Assembly (NCBI RefSeq): GCF_018350175.1
Contig: NC_058383.1
Location: 14,076,001 to 14,140,000 of the forward strand
Length of the DNA: 64,000 nt
From: Felis catus
Taxonomy: Eukaryota
Reading direction: 5' to 3'
Position 1 is the stretch's first letter. The number at the start of each line of letters is the position of its first letter. The notes below the pieces were generated by a model, which was given only the letters and a program-made list of their open reading frames with translations, made no database searches and was not told where the DNA came from. Made by a program: the position numbers and the translations under genes. This document shows, in pieces, positions 13,459 to 26,364 of this stretch.

Positions 13459-14556
13459 CCATAAAACCTTGGTTTGCGAGCATAATTCATCCCAGAAACA
13501 CGCTTGTAATCCGAAGCGCTTGTATATTCAAAGTGCGTTTCCCCATAAGAAATAATTAGAGGCGCCTGGGTGGCTCAGTTGGTTAAGCGTCCGACTTCGG
13601 CTCAGGTCACGATTCCATGTTCGTGGCTTAGTGCCCACATCAGGCTCTGTGTTCAGAACTCAGAGCCAGGAGCCGGCTTCGGATTCTGTGTTTCCCTCTC
13701 TCTGCCCCTGACCCACTCACACTCTGTCTCTCTCTGTCTCTCAAAAATAAGTAAACATTTAGAAAGATGTTTTTGAGATAAAGAAATAACAGAAACCCTG
13801 ATGATTCATCCCACAACCCGAAAAGATTCATCTAAAAATGATTATAATACTGTAATACCATACAAAATACTAAAGAGAATAAAAAATATAAAGGCAAATA
13901 AACAAATGAACCTGCACTTACCTTTGAAAACCTTCGTGGCCGGTGTGAGGGAGACAAGAGAGAGGAGGGTTGTTGTGTAGGACGACTTTCACTACCACTA
14001 ACGGAATCACAGCTATCTGTTGGCTCAGCGGAATCTTTTTCTGCCTGGGGATCATTGTGTACGTTCACATGGATGTTGACTAGAGGACAGTATTAATAAA
14101 CTCTTGTCATATATTGTGTTTAACATAACTGGCAATCAGGCAGCAGAGGAAAGGGTCTCTATCTGCGGGCAGCCTGACCTAGAATGAAGCACAAAGCATT
14201 CCTAAGCTTCCTCTTGTCTCGAAAAGCAAAGGACTGTCCACAGGTGCTTGGAAGGGACAAAAAAATACACGAGTGCCAGTTGAGGGCACCTTCCAACGTT
14301 CTGAAACCTCACTGATTCCGGCTAAACACTGCCTGAGACAGAGCATCCAAGTACGGGAGACAATCACCGACAATCCCGCAGCGAAAGAGAGATAGAGAAG
14401 AACCATTGGCTCAGCTGTGATCATGTGACGTCCAGTGTCACATCCCACTCATATTACAAGACACTGCCTGTTTATCAAGTTAAAATTTGTTAGAAGAGTT
14501 TGCTTGTCTTGCGGAACACTCGCAGAGCAAGTTATTTGCAATCCAAGGTTTTCCTG
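13459..14556 (-). mobile_element. Internally deleted Tc1/mariner pogo/Tigger-type DNA transposon; SINE inserted at ~13559-13780
   Basis: Left end TA|CCATAAAACCTTGGTTTGCGAGCATAATT; reverse complement of right end CAGGAAAACCTTGGATTGCAAATAACTT. Minus-strand peptide EKDSAEPTDSCDSVSGSESRPTQ resembles a Tigger transposase acidic C-terminus. Confidence 0.75.
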
Positions 14557-14559
14557 CGC

Positions 14560-15030
14560 AATGACCTGATCCTCCTCTGCCTGATGCCTTCCAGTGGTTC
14601 CCCATCACACAAAAAATAAGGTTCAACTTCCTTAGCGTTCCCTACTGGATTCTACAGGAGCTGGCCAGGCTCTGAGCTCCAGCCCTGTCCCTCATTCTCT
14701 CCGCTCCTCTGTCCTGGGTTCTGGCCACAGTGGCCTCATTCAGTGTCTGAAACAGGGAGCCTCTGCCCAGAAGTTTCTTTGCCCAAATCTCCCCATGGTT
14801 ATTACCTTCTTGTCATTCAGGGATTGAAGCAACTGTCACTTCTTTGAGGGGCCAACTTCGACCAGTTAACATAAAGCATCCCCCACCCTTACCCAAGCAT
14901 CATTCCCTATGTCAACGACGTCTTTTACCCACGTCTGAGCACTAGTAATAAGTACTAGTCTAAAATTATTTTGTTCCTGCATTTGCTCGATGGTTAACTT
15001 TCTGCCTTTCTTGAAAACATAATCTTCATG
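14560..15030 (+). mobile_element. LINE-2 fragment (more L2-like sequence at ~12860-13440, flanking a - strand SINE at 13047-13261)
   Basis: Pyrimidine-rich L2-like motifs (CCTTCCAGTGGTTCCCCATCAC; CTGGCCACAGTGGCCTC). Confidence 0.55.
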
Positions 15031-15259
15031 AGAACAGTTAAGTTGGGGGTGCCTGGATGGCTCAGTCGGGTAAACGTCTGACTCTTGATTTCAGCTCCGG
15101 TCAAGATCTCACGGTTCATGAGTTCAAGCCCCATGTCAGGCTCTGTGCTGACAGAGCAGTGCCTGCCCGGGATTCTCTCTCTCCCTCTCTCTCTGCCCCT
15201 CCTAACTAACTCGTGTTCTGTCTCTCAAAATAAGTAAACGTTGTTAAAAAAGAATAGTT

Positions 15260-15790
15260 ACATTGTAGTTTGAAAAATTTCAAGTCTCCAGAAAAGCTGA
15301 AGGACTAGTACATACGCTTTACATGGTTTCGTTGAATGTTAACGTGATACATTATCTTTCTCTCTTTCTTCACGCTCATAGGCACATGCACGCATTTTCC
15401 CTTAACCATTTGGAATAAGTTTCAGACATCATGGCAGTTGACTCCTCAAGCCTTCCTCATGCACTTTCTAAGAATAATGACGTTTTGCTACATAGTATCA
15501 ATATCATAATTAAGAAAATGACTAATTCCATATTGCCATCCAATATAAAATCCAAATCTCTCCAACACTCCTTGAGATGCCTTTTATGTCAGCTGTATGG
15601 GTTTTTTTTCTTCATTCAGGATCCAGTCTAGGGTGAAGCACTGCGTTTGATTATTATGTCTCTTTAGTCTCTTACCTTGTCCTTTAATTTTTCATGAGGT
15701 TAACTTTTGTAAAGCCTGAGTTCTTCAAAGGGCCCAAAGAGTCCATGCAGTGTGCTCTGAATCTGCCTGATTATTTCCTCACGGTGTCAG
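15260..15790 (-). mobile_element. Old L1MC/ME-like 3' end (a + strand SINE lies just upstream at ~15045-15250)
   Basis: TTTGAAAAATTTCAAGTCTCCAGAAAAGCTG...CCATTTGGAATAAGTTTCAGACATCATG resembles a reversed old L1 3' UTR. Confidence 0.55.
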
Positions 15791-15834
15791 TTGACTGTAT
15801 CTTCTGTGTTCTCTTTCAGCTCAAGGCTAACGCC

Positions 15835-16060
15835 ACAGCTGCAATCCAATATGGCGGCCCTCTGCTGCATGGGAGCCCTTGGAACGTGGCCAGCGTGACT
15901 GGAGAAGTGAACGTTCACGTTTACTTAGTTTTCATGAATTCATTTTTAAGTGTTCGCACGAATGCGCTCTTCAGTTATTGGGAATTTTAAAAGTATGTTT
16001 GGGATGACTTGAGCATGTGAATCCGCTTTTTAAGCTGTGTATTATGTTGAGAGTTGCATG
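15835..16060. mobile_element. hAT-Charlie relic (MER3/MER33/Charlie1-like)
   Basis: TCCAATATGGCGGCC...CTTGGAACGTGGCCAGCGTGACTGGAGAAGTGAA resembles the MER3/MER33 terminal sequence. Confidence 0.55.
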
Positions 16061-16228
16061 GAGTGGAAAATACCGACTGACTTTTGAAGACCTAGAAATA
16101 AATTAAGGATCCCCATCCACCCATCCATTCGCCAAATCTGAATTCAAACCATGGTTTAAAAATTCCAACAACATGCCCTCCCCCCCCCCCCCCACACACA
16201 CACAAGCACAATTTAAAAAGTCAGAGAG

Positions 16229-16667
16229 AGGGGCGCCTGGGTGGCTCAGTCGGTTAAGCGTCCGACTTCGGCTCAGGTCATGATCTCAAGGTCCGTGAGT
16301 TCGAGCCCTTTATCGGGCTCTGTGCTGACAGCTCAGAGCCTGGCCTGTTTCGGATTCTGTGTCTCCCTCTCTCTCTGACCCTCCCTTGTTCATGCTCTGT
16401 CTCTCTCTCTCTCAAAAATAAAGGTTAAAAAAATTTTTTTAATAAAATAAAATAAAATAAAATAAAATAAAATAAAATAAAAAGTCAGAGAGGAGGGGTG
16501 CCTGGGTGACTCAGTCAGCTGAGAGTCTGACTCTTGATTTTGACTCTGTTCATAATCCCAGGGTCATGTTATCAAGCCCCGCATTGGGCTCCACACTCGG
16601 AGCCTGATTAAAATTCTCTCTCCCCCTCTGTTCCTCTCTCCTCTCCTCCCCGCCCCCCCAAAAAAAA
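16229..16667 (+). mobile_element. Two Can-SINEs; the first has an (AAAAT)n tail
   Basis: SINE bodies; TAAAAAGTCAGAGAG duplicated around the first. Confidence 0.9.
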
Positions 16668-17989
16668 GTCAAAGGAGCAGGAAGGCGAGGGCTAGCTGAA
16701 AATGACTCACCAGGTTGTAAATTCTACCGGGTGGAAATCATTATCTCCCACTCAACCAGTGTATCTGTGGTGTGTATGCAACACCCGACACAGAGTTGAT
16801 GCTTAATGGATATTTTTGAATGAATGAGAGTGAGTGAGTGAGCGGTCAGGCCTTTGAGGAAGGAAGAATGGTGTTGCTGGGAGCTGAGGGGGCCCTTCGA
16901 GCAGCAACAGGCAAACGGTGATGCCCCAATCTAGAGCGAACAGAGACAGGGAGGGCCGGGAAGGCCTGCCAAAACCCAGGGCAAGGGACACGCACCTTGC
17001 CCTTCCTTGGGCATTCTTTGCGTGGGCCTGTTCTGGCGAAAGAACCCCCTGAGAGTGGCAGCCTGGCATGGTGCCCGCTCCGGGACGTGTCCCCGGCAAG
17101 CAGCACTGCAGGGCGACACTGGCATTGGTAAGTGGCCTGGCACTGGCACAAGCCCCGGGGAAGCTGGATCTGGCCTCCCAGTGCCCCGAAGAGGCGCACC
17201 CACAAGAACTACGGCAGAGACCCTCCGTCCTTCCCGGCCACAACACTTGTCTTTCTTTTGTGATGGAGGAACGGGCGGGTTGCAGACGGGTATCTTGGAT
17301 CACAAGAGTTCGCTGGGCCAGGCACTGAAATACCATCCGGACACCATCCTGATCCCAATACACACTTGGTGAAGAAGGGTATGAGCATCGCCAGTTTAGA
17401 CAGGCGGAAACGCGATTTCAGATGGGTTGAATAATTTACCCAGAGCCCCACAACCAGTCAAGCGTCTGTGCCGGCTTCTGAGACGAGCAGGGCCCCAAGT
17501 TGATGCTGTTTTTATTCGTCTACCTTTCTCCGCAGGCAAGTAGGACTGTATAATACCACCCCTCCCTGGGGGTGTCCTTGCACAGGTCTGGAGTCTGTGC
17601 GGAACAATAACTCGATCCTGTTAAGTTGTGCTCCCCTAGATATGCCGCGTTGTGCATTTATGGCTCGACATAAATCTTATACATATGTATGTGCGTATTC
17701 CATATTTACATTACGTATGCACACATATACATTCATAGGTATGGGCAGCAAGACTTTCTGTCTATACATAACTAGAAAAAATGTTATAGAAAGAAAGTCT
17801 TGCTACCCAAATTTCTGGATCGTATTATTAAAAGCTTGAGGGAAAACCCGTTAACTCGTAAGTCAACTGTCATAAGCCTATCCCTCATAAAAATGGCTTT
17901 TCACATTTGAATCTGAGCCAGTCCCTGGAACAGCATAGAACTCTCTTCTTGCAAGACCAGCACTACCAACAGAGTCAGAGGTTATTGTT

Positions 17990-20900
17990 TTTTGGGGTTT
18001 TTTTCTTGTTTATTTATTTATTTTGAGAGAGAGAGAGAGAGAGAGAGAAGCACAAGCTGGGGGGGGGGGGGAGAGGGAGAGAGAGAGAGAGGGAGAGAGA
18101 GAGAATCCAAAGCAGGATCCACACTGTCAGCACAGAGCCCGACTTGGGGCTCAAACTCACGAACCGTGAGACCACGACCTGAGCTGATATCAAGAGTCGG
18201 CGGCTTAACTGACTGAGCCACCCAGGCACCTTCGTTTACTATCAAATTGTAGCCTTGGCTAAAACTGCCAAAGCTTGGAAGGCAACCCTATGCCGCTGAA
18301 TCTAGGCAAAGGCAGTGGCTCGGATGAGAAAATGGGGTAAAAACTGAAAAGATCTGGAGGGAGGGAGGGCGAGAGGATGTAACTCTGTGACCTACTTGCT
18401 CGCGTGTCTGGGATCCAAGGCCATCTTGAGAGGGCTTCCTTAGGCAGGCAAAAGCCTTCTGTGTGCTTTCCTCAACATCTGCCTAAAATGAAACACATCG
18501 GGGCGCCTGGGTGGCGCAGTCAGTTAAGCGTCCGACTTCAGCCAGGTCACGATCTCGCGGTCCGTGAGTTCGAGCCCTGCGTCAGGCTGTGGGCTGATGG
18601 CTCGGAGCCTGGAGCCTGTTTCTGATTCTGTGTCTCCCTCTCACTCTGCCCCTCCCCCGTTCATGCTCTGTCTCTCTCTGTCCCAAAAATAAATAAACTT
18701 TAAAAAAAATTTTTTTTTTTAAATAAAATGAAACACATCAAGTTAAACTTGTTAGAGTCAACGTCAGAAAGAAACTTTAAGTAAACAAGACAATGGCTTG
18801 AGGATGTAAAGGACAAGGCTTTGCAGGAGTGCGGGCTTGTAGATTAACTGTACACGTACAAGAATTAGCGTGTTTTCGTGCCATCAAGTTACACCCTCTC
18901 TTTCACTCACATCATGTACCCTCTGGTGGTAGAGGCTGGGAAGTTTCTAAAATAGGGTACCTGATGCAGGTGGCTGCTCAATTGGTTAAACTTCGGACTC
19001 TAGGTTTCAGCTCTGATCGTGATCTCATGGTTCATGAGCCCAAGCCCCGTGCTGGGCTCCATGCTGATAGCACAGGGCCTGCTTGGGATTCTTTCTCACC
19101 CTCTCTCTCTGCCCCTCCGCAGCTCACACACGCTCTCTCTCTCTGTCAAAATGAATAAATAAACATTAAGAAAATAAAGAGGGTGCCTTGGTAATGACTC
19201 TAATTTCTTACAACTAAAATATGGCTCTACCTAAAGGCCCTCGTAGCCTCTCATGGGAAACGGCCAACTCCCTAGAATGTTTTTCTTGCCATCAACTGCT
19301 ACAAACACCTTTGAGCTACGCATTTCTGAAATTCATCAGGAATTTTCTTTGAGAGATAGACCGAAATGTCTTTCTTTGGGTTTGGAGGTTTTATTTTTTT
19401 GCCTATCTGAATTCTGCCCTTGGCCAGATGCCGTAACCTGCCATTATGCCAGCATCAGTGTCATTATAAAACTGCGCTGAAATAATTTCTGTGACAGGTT
19501 TGAGTAGTAAATAGAGAGACAGCTTAGTGTAGCGAAGCATTTTTCAATTTTAAGTAAAGAATCGCTTTTAAAAGGAGGAAAAAAGTCCTCTTCCCATACC
19601 TCGAGCGTTGACTCAAGTCAGTTTTATTTGTTACTAAAACATATTCAAACATTAAACAAGGCATAAATTCCTTAGGTTTTTATAGCTCCTAAGCTACACA
19701 ATCAAAATAAACATTAATATTAAATTTAAACAAAATACAGCAAAAAACAACAGTACTTTTTGTTTGTTTACATTTATTTATTTTTGAGAGACAGAGAGAG
19801 TCAGAGCACAAGTGGGAGAAGGGCAGAGAGAGAAGGAGACACAGAATCCGAAGCAGGCTCCAGGCTCCGAGCAAGCATTCAGCACAGAGCCCGACACGGG
19901 GCTCGAACTCACGAACGATGAGATCACGACCTGAGTGGAAGTCAGACGCCCAACTGAGCCACCCAGGTGCCCCAACAGTACTTTTAAATTGATGACACTG
20001 AGTTTCTCTATCGTTAGGGTATAGAATGTCATGGCCGATGATTACTCTTGTGTTAATGACTCAAAGATAGCTGGATAAATGAAATTTCACATATTTTTCT
20101 TTATTTACTTTATTTATTATTTTTTTAAAAGTAGACTTCGTGCCCCGTCCGGAGCCCAATGTGCTACTTACACTCATGACTCTGAGATCAAGACCTGAGC
20201 TGAAATCGAGTCGGATCTTCAACTGCCTGAGCCTCCCAGGTGCCCCCAAATTTCATGTATTTTTAAATATACCAGAGAGCTGTGCAAATAAGTTTAAGGG
20301 AATAAATTCCAGAGGAGAGAGTCCTCTCTAGGGGAGGCAGAGATCTCACCTAGAGGTCAGCCAGCTTCCTTCCTAGGGGCATTTGCCAAATTTGGACACA
20401 AGCAGAGATTCAAGCTTATGTTGGCAGAGAACTCCATGAGGGAAAGAGACACCATTGTGATTTTTAGTGACCTTGTGGACTGGCATGAAGAAATGGAAGA
20501 TGGTTTTTCCTACCTGTCAGTTTCTGATCACACAACTTTTTACAAAAAATGTTTATTTATGAGACAGAAAGAGGAAAAGAGAGAGAGAGAGGGAGAATGC
20601 ACATGTAGGGGAGGGGCAGAGAGAGAGAGAGGGAGACACAGTATCCGAAACAGGCTCCAGGGTGTCAGCTCAAACCCCGATGTGAGGCTTGAACTCACGA
20701 ACTGTGAGATCATGACCTGGACCGAAGTTGGATGCTTAGCCGATTAAGCCACCCAGGGGCCCCTGATCACATAACTGTTAATGAGTGCTGTGGCTGTGAT
20801 TGAAAATAGAGCTTGGGGGGCACCCGGTTGGCTTGGTCAGTTAAGCCTCCGACTTCGGCTCAGGTCATGATCTTGCGGTTCGCGGGTTCGAACCCCACGT

Positions 20901-21043
20901 TGGGTTCTGCTGATGGCTCAGAGCCTGGAGCCTGCTTTGGATTCTGTGTCTCCCTCTTTCTCTGCCCCTCCCTAACTTGTGCTCCCTCGCTCTCTCTCTC
21001 TCTCTCTCAAAAATAAATAAACATTAATTAAAAAAAAAAAAAA
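17990..21043. mobile_element. SINE-rich interval: ~17990-18231(-), 18500-18723(+), 18955-19178(+), 19757-19973(-), 20095-20247(-), 20537-20764(-), 20816-21043(+)
   Basis: Recognisable Can-SINE bodies; the 18500 copy has TSD TAAAATGAAACACATC (18484-18499/18724-18739). Confidence 0.9.
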
Positions 21044-21049
21044 GAAGAG

Positions 21050-24000
21050 TAGAACTTGGCTAAAAAGGCAGAGGAAGAGTCCCTGTAATCTGGTTCTTGA
21101 AAAGGATAACCCCTGGGGGAAGCCCTGACATAGACAGGAAAAATCTCACCTTCAATATACTTGAAAACAAAGGGGAACTAAAAGTAACTGAAACTGAAAC
21201 CCAGCCCCAATGCAGCTGAATTCACTGACAGAGAAAAAAAGCGTGTTTCATCTGGGGAAAATAGCATTAGCCTCAGCCTCTGGCTTTTTTAATGCACATT
21301 ATCTGGCACGAAATAAACAATGAAGACCTTTTCAGGAGACTATGACTCATGCTACTTTGTGCATTTATATTTGAACATAAATGTTACATATATGTGTATG
21401 AGTATCATATATATGTATATCTGTGTGTGGCATTTTTCCTACTTATGGGAAGAAAGTCTTGCCATTCAAATTGCTGGATCATATTATTAAAAGTGAGACA
21501 TAACAGGATTCCAGAGAAATAACATTCTATTGAAACAGACTTACAGACAACTCAAGCTTTGAAATTAGCAGAGGACAGGGGCGCCTGGGTGGCGCAGTCG
21601 GTTAAGCGTCCGACTTCAGCCGGGTCACGATCTCGCGGTCCGTGAGTTCGAGCCCCGCGTCGGGCTCTGGGCTGATGGCTCAGAGCCTGGAGCCTGTTTC
21701 CGATTCTGTGTCTCCCTCTCTCTCTGCCCCTCCCCCGTTCATGCTCCGTCTCTCTCTGTCCCAAAAATAAATAAACGTTGTAAAATTAGCAGAGGACTTA
21801 AAAATAATTGTATAGGGGCACCTGGGTGGCTCAGTCGGTTAAGCATCCGGCTTCAGCTCAGGTCATGATCTCGCAGTTCATGATTTCGAGCCCTGTGTCG
21901 GGCTCTGTGCTGACCGCTCAGAGACTGGAGCCCTCTTCGGATTCTGCGTCTCCCTCTCTCTCTGCCCCTCCCCCACTTGCACTGTTTCTCTCTCTCGCTC
22001 AAAAACAAATAAAAACATTAAAAACATTAATAATCGTTATAGATATGTTTAAAAAAAATAAAATCTAGACAAAAATGGATGAAAAGATAAAATTTCAAGA
22101 AATAAATAGAATCTTTATCAATGAAATACCATCCTGGAACTTAAAAATATAATATTTAAAGGGAAGAAAGGAAGGAGTGGGGAGGACAGGAACTTCCAAA
22201 ATGGTGGAGTGAAAAAAAAAGAAGGGCAAACTTTTTAATTTTAAAGAAGTTCAATTTATTCATTCTTTTCTTAAAAATAACATTTTTAGTATTATTCTAA
22301 AAATGTTTTACTTAACTCAAGGTTAGAAACATTTCTCCTAGGTTTGTTTTCATCAAGAAGTTTTATAATTTTCTCTTCATTTAAGTCTATGATCCATTTT
22401 CAGTTAATTTCTGTACATGGTTTGAAAAGAAGTTCTGAGTTCCTTATTTTATTTTTTATTTATTTATTTTTAAAAATTTTTTTTAACGTTTATTTATTTT
22501 TGAGACAGAGAGAGACAGAGCATGAACAGTGGAGGAGCAGAGAGAGAGGGAGACACAGAATCTGAAACAGGCTCCAGGCTCTGAGCTGTCAGCCCAGAGC
22601 CTGATGCGGGGCTCGAACTCACGGACCGCGAGATCGTGACCTGAGCCGAAGTCGGACGCTTAACCGACCGAGCCACCCAGGCGCCCCATGAGTTCCTTAT
22701 TTTAAATATGGATATCCAGTTTTCCAGCATTATTTGTTGAAGAGACCCTCTTTTACCCCACTGACTTGCCTTGAAGGCTTTGTCAAAATTAATCCCTCAT
22801 AAATGAAAAGGTTTATTTCTGGACGTTCTATTCTGTTTAATGAATATATATACCTATTCTTTGAAATCTGCTATTGGGAGTTCTGAAAATTTGTTCTTGT
22901 CCAAAATCATTTCAGTTATGGATTTCGATGAGCATTGCATTGAGTGTATTGCTCAACTTGGGAGAACTGCTATCTTAACAACATATGAACATGGGATGTA
23001 TCTTTACTGAATTTCTCTCATTACGATATATGTATGTGTAGATCTCTCTAAATTCACAGTAGTTAGAGTTTACTGAACTTCTTGGATGTATGTGTAGACT
23101 ATTTTTCATGACATTTGAGAAGGTTTCATCCATTATTTCTTTGAGTATTTTTTTCTGCCCCTTTCCCTTTCTTATCTGATCTGGTTTCCTACAGGTCTCT
23201 GAGGACCTTTTCTTCCTTTTTTTCTTCCTGTTCTTCCAATTAGATAATTTCTATGGGTCTGTTTTCAAGTTCATGGATTCTTCCTTCTGCCAGCTCACAT
23301 CTGATCTGCTTTTGAGCCCCTCTGATGAATTTTTCATTTCAGTGCTCTTCAATTCCAGTTTTCTTTTTCTTATTAGTCATTTATATCTTTTAATTTATAT
23401 ATAAATGCAAATGAAAACCACAATATAATAAATACCACATCACACCTTCTCACCCACTAGAAGGACTCTAATAAAAAAGATTGACATTAGTAAGTTCAGT
23501 GAGCATGTAGAGAAACTGGAAACCTTATGGTAGAGGGAATGTAAAGAAGGCACAACCACTTTGGAAAAACAATTTGGCAGTTTCTTAAATAGTTAAACCA
23601 ACACTTAATGATATAACCCAATAATCTCACTCTTAGGGACGTATGAAGAGAAATGAAAATCTGTTCCCACAAAAAGACGTATACGTGCATGTTCATGGTA
23701 GCATTACGCATAATAACCAGAAACTGGAAACAACCAAATTATCCATCACCCGGTGAACAAATAAACAAAATGTGATGTTTGCATGCAATAGAATGTTCCC
23801 AGCATTAAAAAGGAACACACTATTTATACATGTTACAACTTGATTGAACCTCAGAAAAGGTATGCTAAGAAAAGAAGCCAGACACAAAAACTACACATAT
23901 TTTAAAACTATATTTATAGGAAAATTCTAGAAAAGAAATCTCTAGACACAGAAAGCAGATCATCCCATTGATTATCTGGGGCTAGGAAGAGGGGTAATAT

Positions 24001-24350
24001 TTTACTATAAATGGGCATAAAGGAGCTTTTAAGGGTAATGAAAATGTCCTGACACTACATTGTGGTGATGATTGCACAACTGAATAAACTTACTAACAGC
24101 CATTGTACCATATGCTTATTATAATGGGTAAACTTTACAGTGTATTAATTATATATCGATTAAACTGTTATAAAATCTGACCAGGCATTGCAGTAAGGAA
24201 AAATTACAGGCCCATCTTACTCATGACCACCATGCAAAAATCCTACCCAGAACATTAACAAACCAAACCCATGAATATATAAAAAAGGATACTATATCGC
24301 CATTAGATTGTGTTATTCCAGGAATGCAAGGTTGGTTGAACATTCAAAAT
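21050..24350. mobile_element. Mosaic of old L1 fragments (+ ~21050-22215; - ~22230-23390; + 3' end ~23400-24180; ORF2 piece ~24180-24350) with SINEs at 21578(+), 21815(+) and 22445(-)
   Basis: L1-like A-rich/T-rich strands; ORF2-like TTATTCCAGGAATGCAAGGTTGGTTGAACATTC at ~24312; TSD AAATTAGCAGAGGAC around the 21578 SINE. Confidence 0.65.
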
Positions 24351-25010
24351 TGGCCCATGCAGTTGTCCCATCAGCTTCTGTCGGGTCAATGGTGAGGGCT
24401 CTGCCGCCTGACTCAGTGTGTGCTCCTTAACTAGTTGCTTGTTTTGCCAGGTAGTTTGGGGGAGCTCCGACCCTTGGTTCCAGGGGATCTTCACTGGAAG
24501 CATGGTCGGGTTTTGTCTGTGCCTAGACCATGAGGCACATGCTTACTTCTGCCTCAGTCAGATAGAATGGAACTTTGGCTTTGGCTGTAAGCAGATGGGA
24601 TTCCCCACAGTTACTCTTTCCGGAAAAGCAGGTGATGACCTTCCAGTCCTTGTGCTTACTGGCCATTACTGTGGTTGGGCTGGTGCTGGTAATGGAGTTG
24701 TTCATAAGATAGCAGGGAGCCTAAGAAGGAACCCATACTACAGAAACACTAAAAATCTATAGGAATTCATAGGGAATGTGTAAAGAAGACTTGTGTGTGG
24801 AGGAAATCCTCAGCGTGGCCCCTTTTTGTGTGTTATCGGAGAATATTTAACACTCCTACAGAAGCAAGAAAGTAAGAGGCTTGGGTGAAACTGCTAAGTT
24901 ATGTTAAGCATACACAAGGAGTAATCTATTAGCTTGTGAGATAAAACACGGTAGGGATGTGTGGGTAGGTAGTAAAACTAAGACAAAACAAGGAAGAGCT
25001 TAGCATGGAC

Positions 25011-25785
25011 TGTTACAGGCAATACCTGGCAATACCTGAACATACATCCCTAACCACCTTTCTTAGAACATTCACTAAAAAGGTCTTACAATTCTGAAAC
25101 TTCCCTCTGTCCCTTTGAGATGTATACATACAACAACCTACAACTCCAGAGTGTCTTTGCCAAGGACCCGAAAGCCATTCCTTTAAAATATAATCCTTGT
25201 GGGGCGCCTGGGTGGCTCAGTCGGTTAAGCGTCCGACTTCGGCTCAGGTCATGATCTCGCGGTCCGTGAGTTCGAGCCCCGCGTCGGGCTCTGTGCTGAC
25301 AGCTCAGAGCCTGGAGCCTGTTTCAGATTCTGTGTCTCCCTCTCTCTGACCCTCCCCATTCATGCTCTGTCTCTCTCTGTCTCAAAAATAAATAAACGTC
25401 AAAAAAAAAATTAAATAAATAAATAAATAAAATAAAATAAAATATAATCCTTGGAAAGGTAGGGTCTCTATCTCCCAATCTCCCTAGGAGGAAAGCATCC
25501 TAACTCTGAGAGTTGCCAGCAACAGACAGAGCTGATGTAATCAACATTTACACTAAGCAACCCTTGGTAATTTCTCACTTCCCTGCCTCTACTGACCCTT
25601 ACTCACCCCCCTCCCCAATTCCTTGTTCTCCTGTTAAAATACCCAGTCACCTCTGCACAAAAGAGAGTTCATTTCAGTTCGGTTCAGTTCAGTGTGGACC
25701 TCTTCCCTACTGCAGTAGTATATTACTGTTCAAAATCTGTCCTTTTCAGTCTTCAGTTAATATCTGGCTTTGCCTATCCTTGACA
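25011..25785 (+). mobile_element. Solo ERV LTR (MER34-like, tentative) with SINE insertion at 25201-25437
   Basis: TG...CA termini; LTR-like core (CCCTTTGAGATGT; AGTTCAGTGTGGACCTCTTCCCTACTGCAGTAG); SINE TSD TAAAATATAATCCTTG. Confidence 0.6.
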
Positions 25786-26364
25786 CCACAAAAGTGGGGG
25801 GCAGGAGGATAGTGATGGGCAAGAGTGCTGGGGGGGGGGGGCTCCTGGATGCTGAAGTCCTCTTTCCTCACTTGGGCGGTGGTTATGCAAGCAGCTGCTC
25901 TGTGTTGAGCTGCCCGTTTTTGATTTGTAAACATTTCTGTAGATGTGTTGCCGTTCATGAGCTTTTAAAAGGGTTAAACAAAGAATAATTGGCTCTGCTG
26001 CTCCCCAGAGGCTCGCGCTGCACGAGTTGTTTCCTAAGAATGTGAACATAAATGCCGTTCGTTATCGGCTTCGGGAGAAAACTTGCACAGATTTAGGTAT
26101 TGCTGATATGATTCATTGTAGGAAGAATATAGATTTTTATGTATTCATGGCTTTCTGAGAAGCCACTTGTATTAGATTTTAAAACTTTTGATGCAGAATC
26201 TTTCCATGGACTAATGGTTTTTTTACATTTCTTGAAGTGTGTATATGATAGCACGGGAAACTCATCGGGAGTTACTCATCCTGGTAAATCTTGGACTTTG
26301 AAGGATGTTGCATATTACTGTAATTTTTTGTGTCTTTCTTTATTTACTTTTTAAGAACAGCAAA

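Noticed and set aside
24350..24720. Unique-looking segment considered as a processed pseudogene
   Set aside because: The frames I examined gave no recognisable protein, and there is no poly-A or TSD; BLASTX/Dfam would be needed
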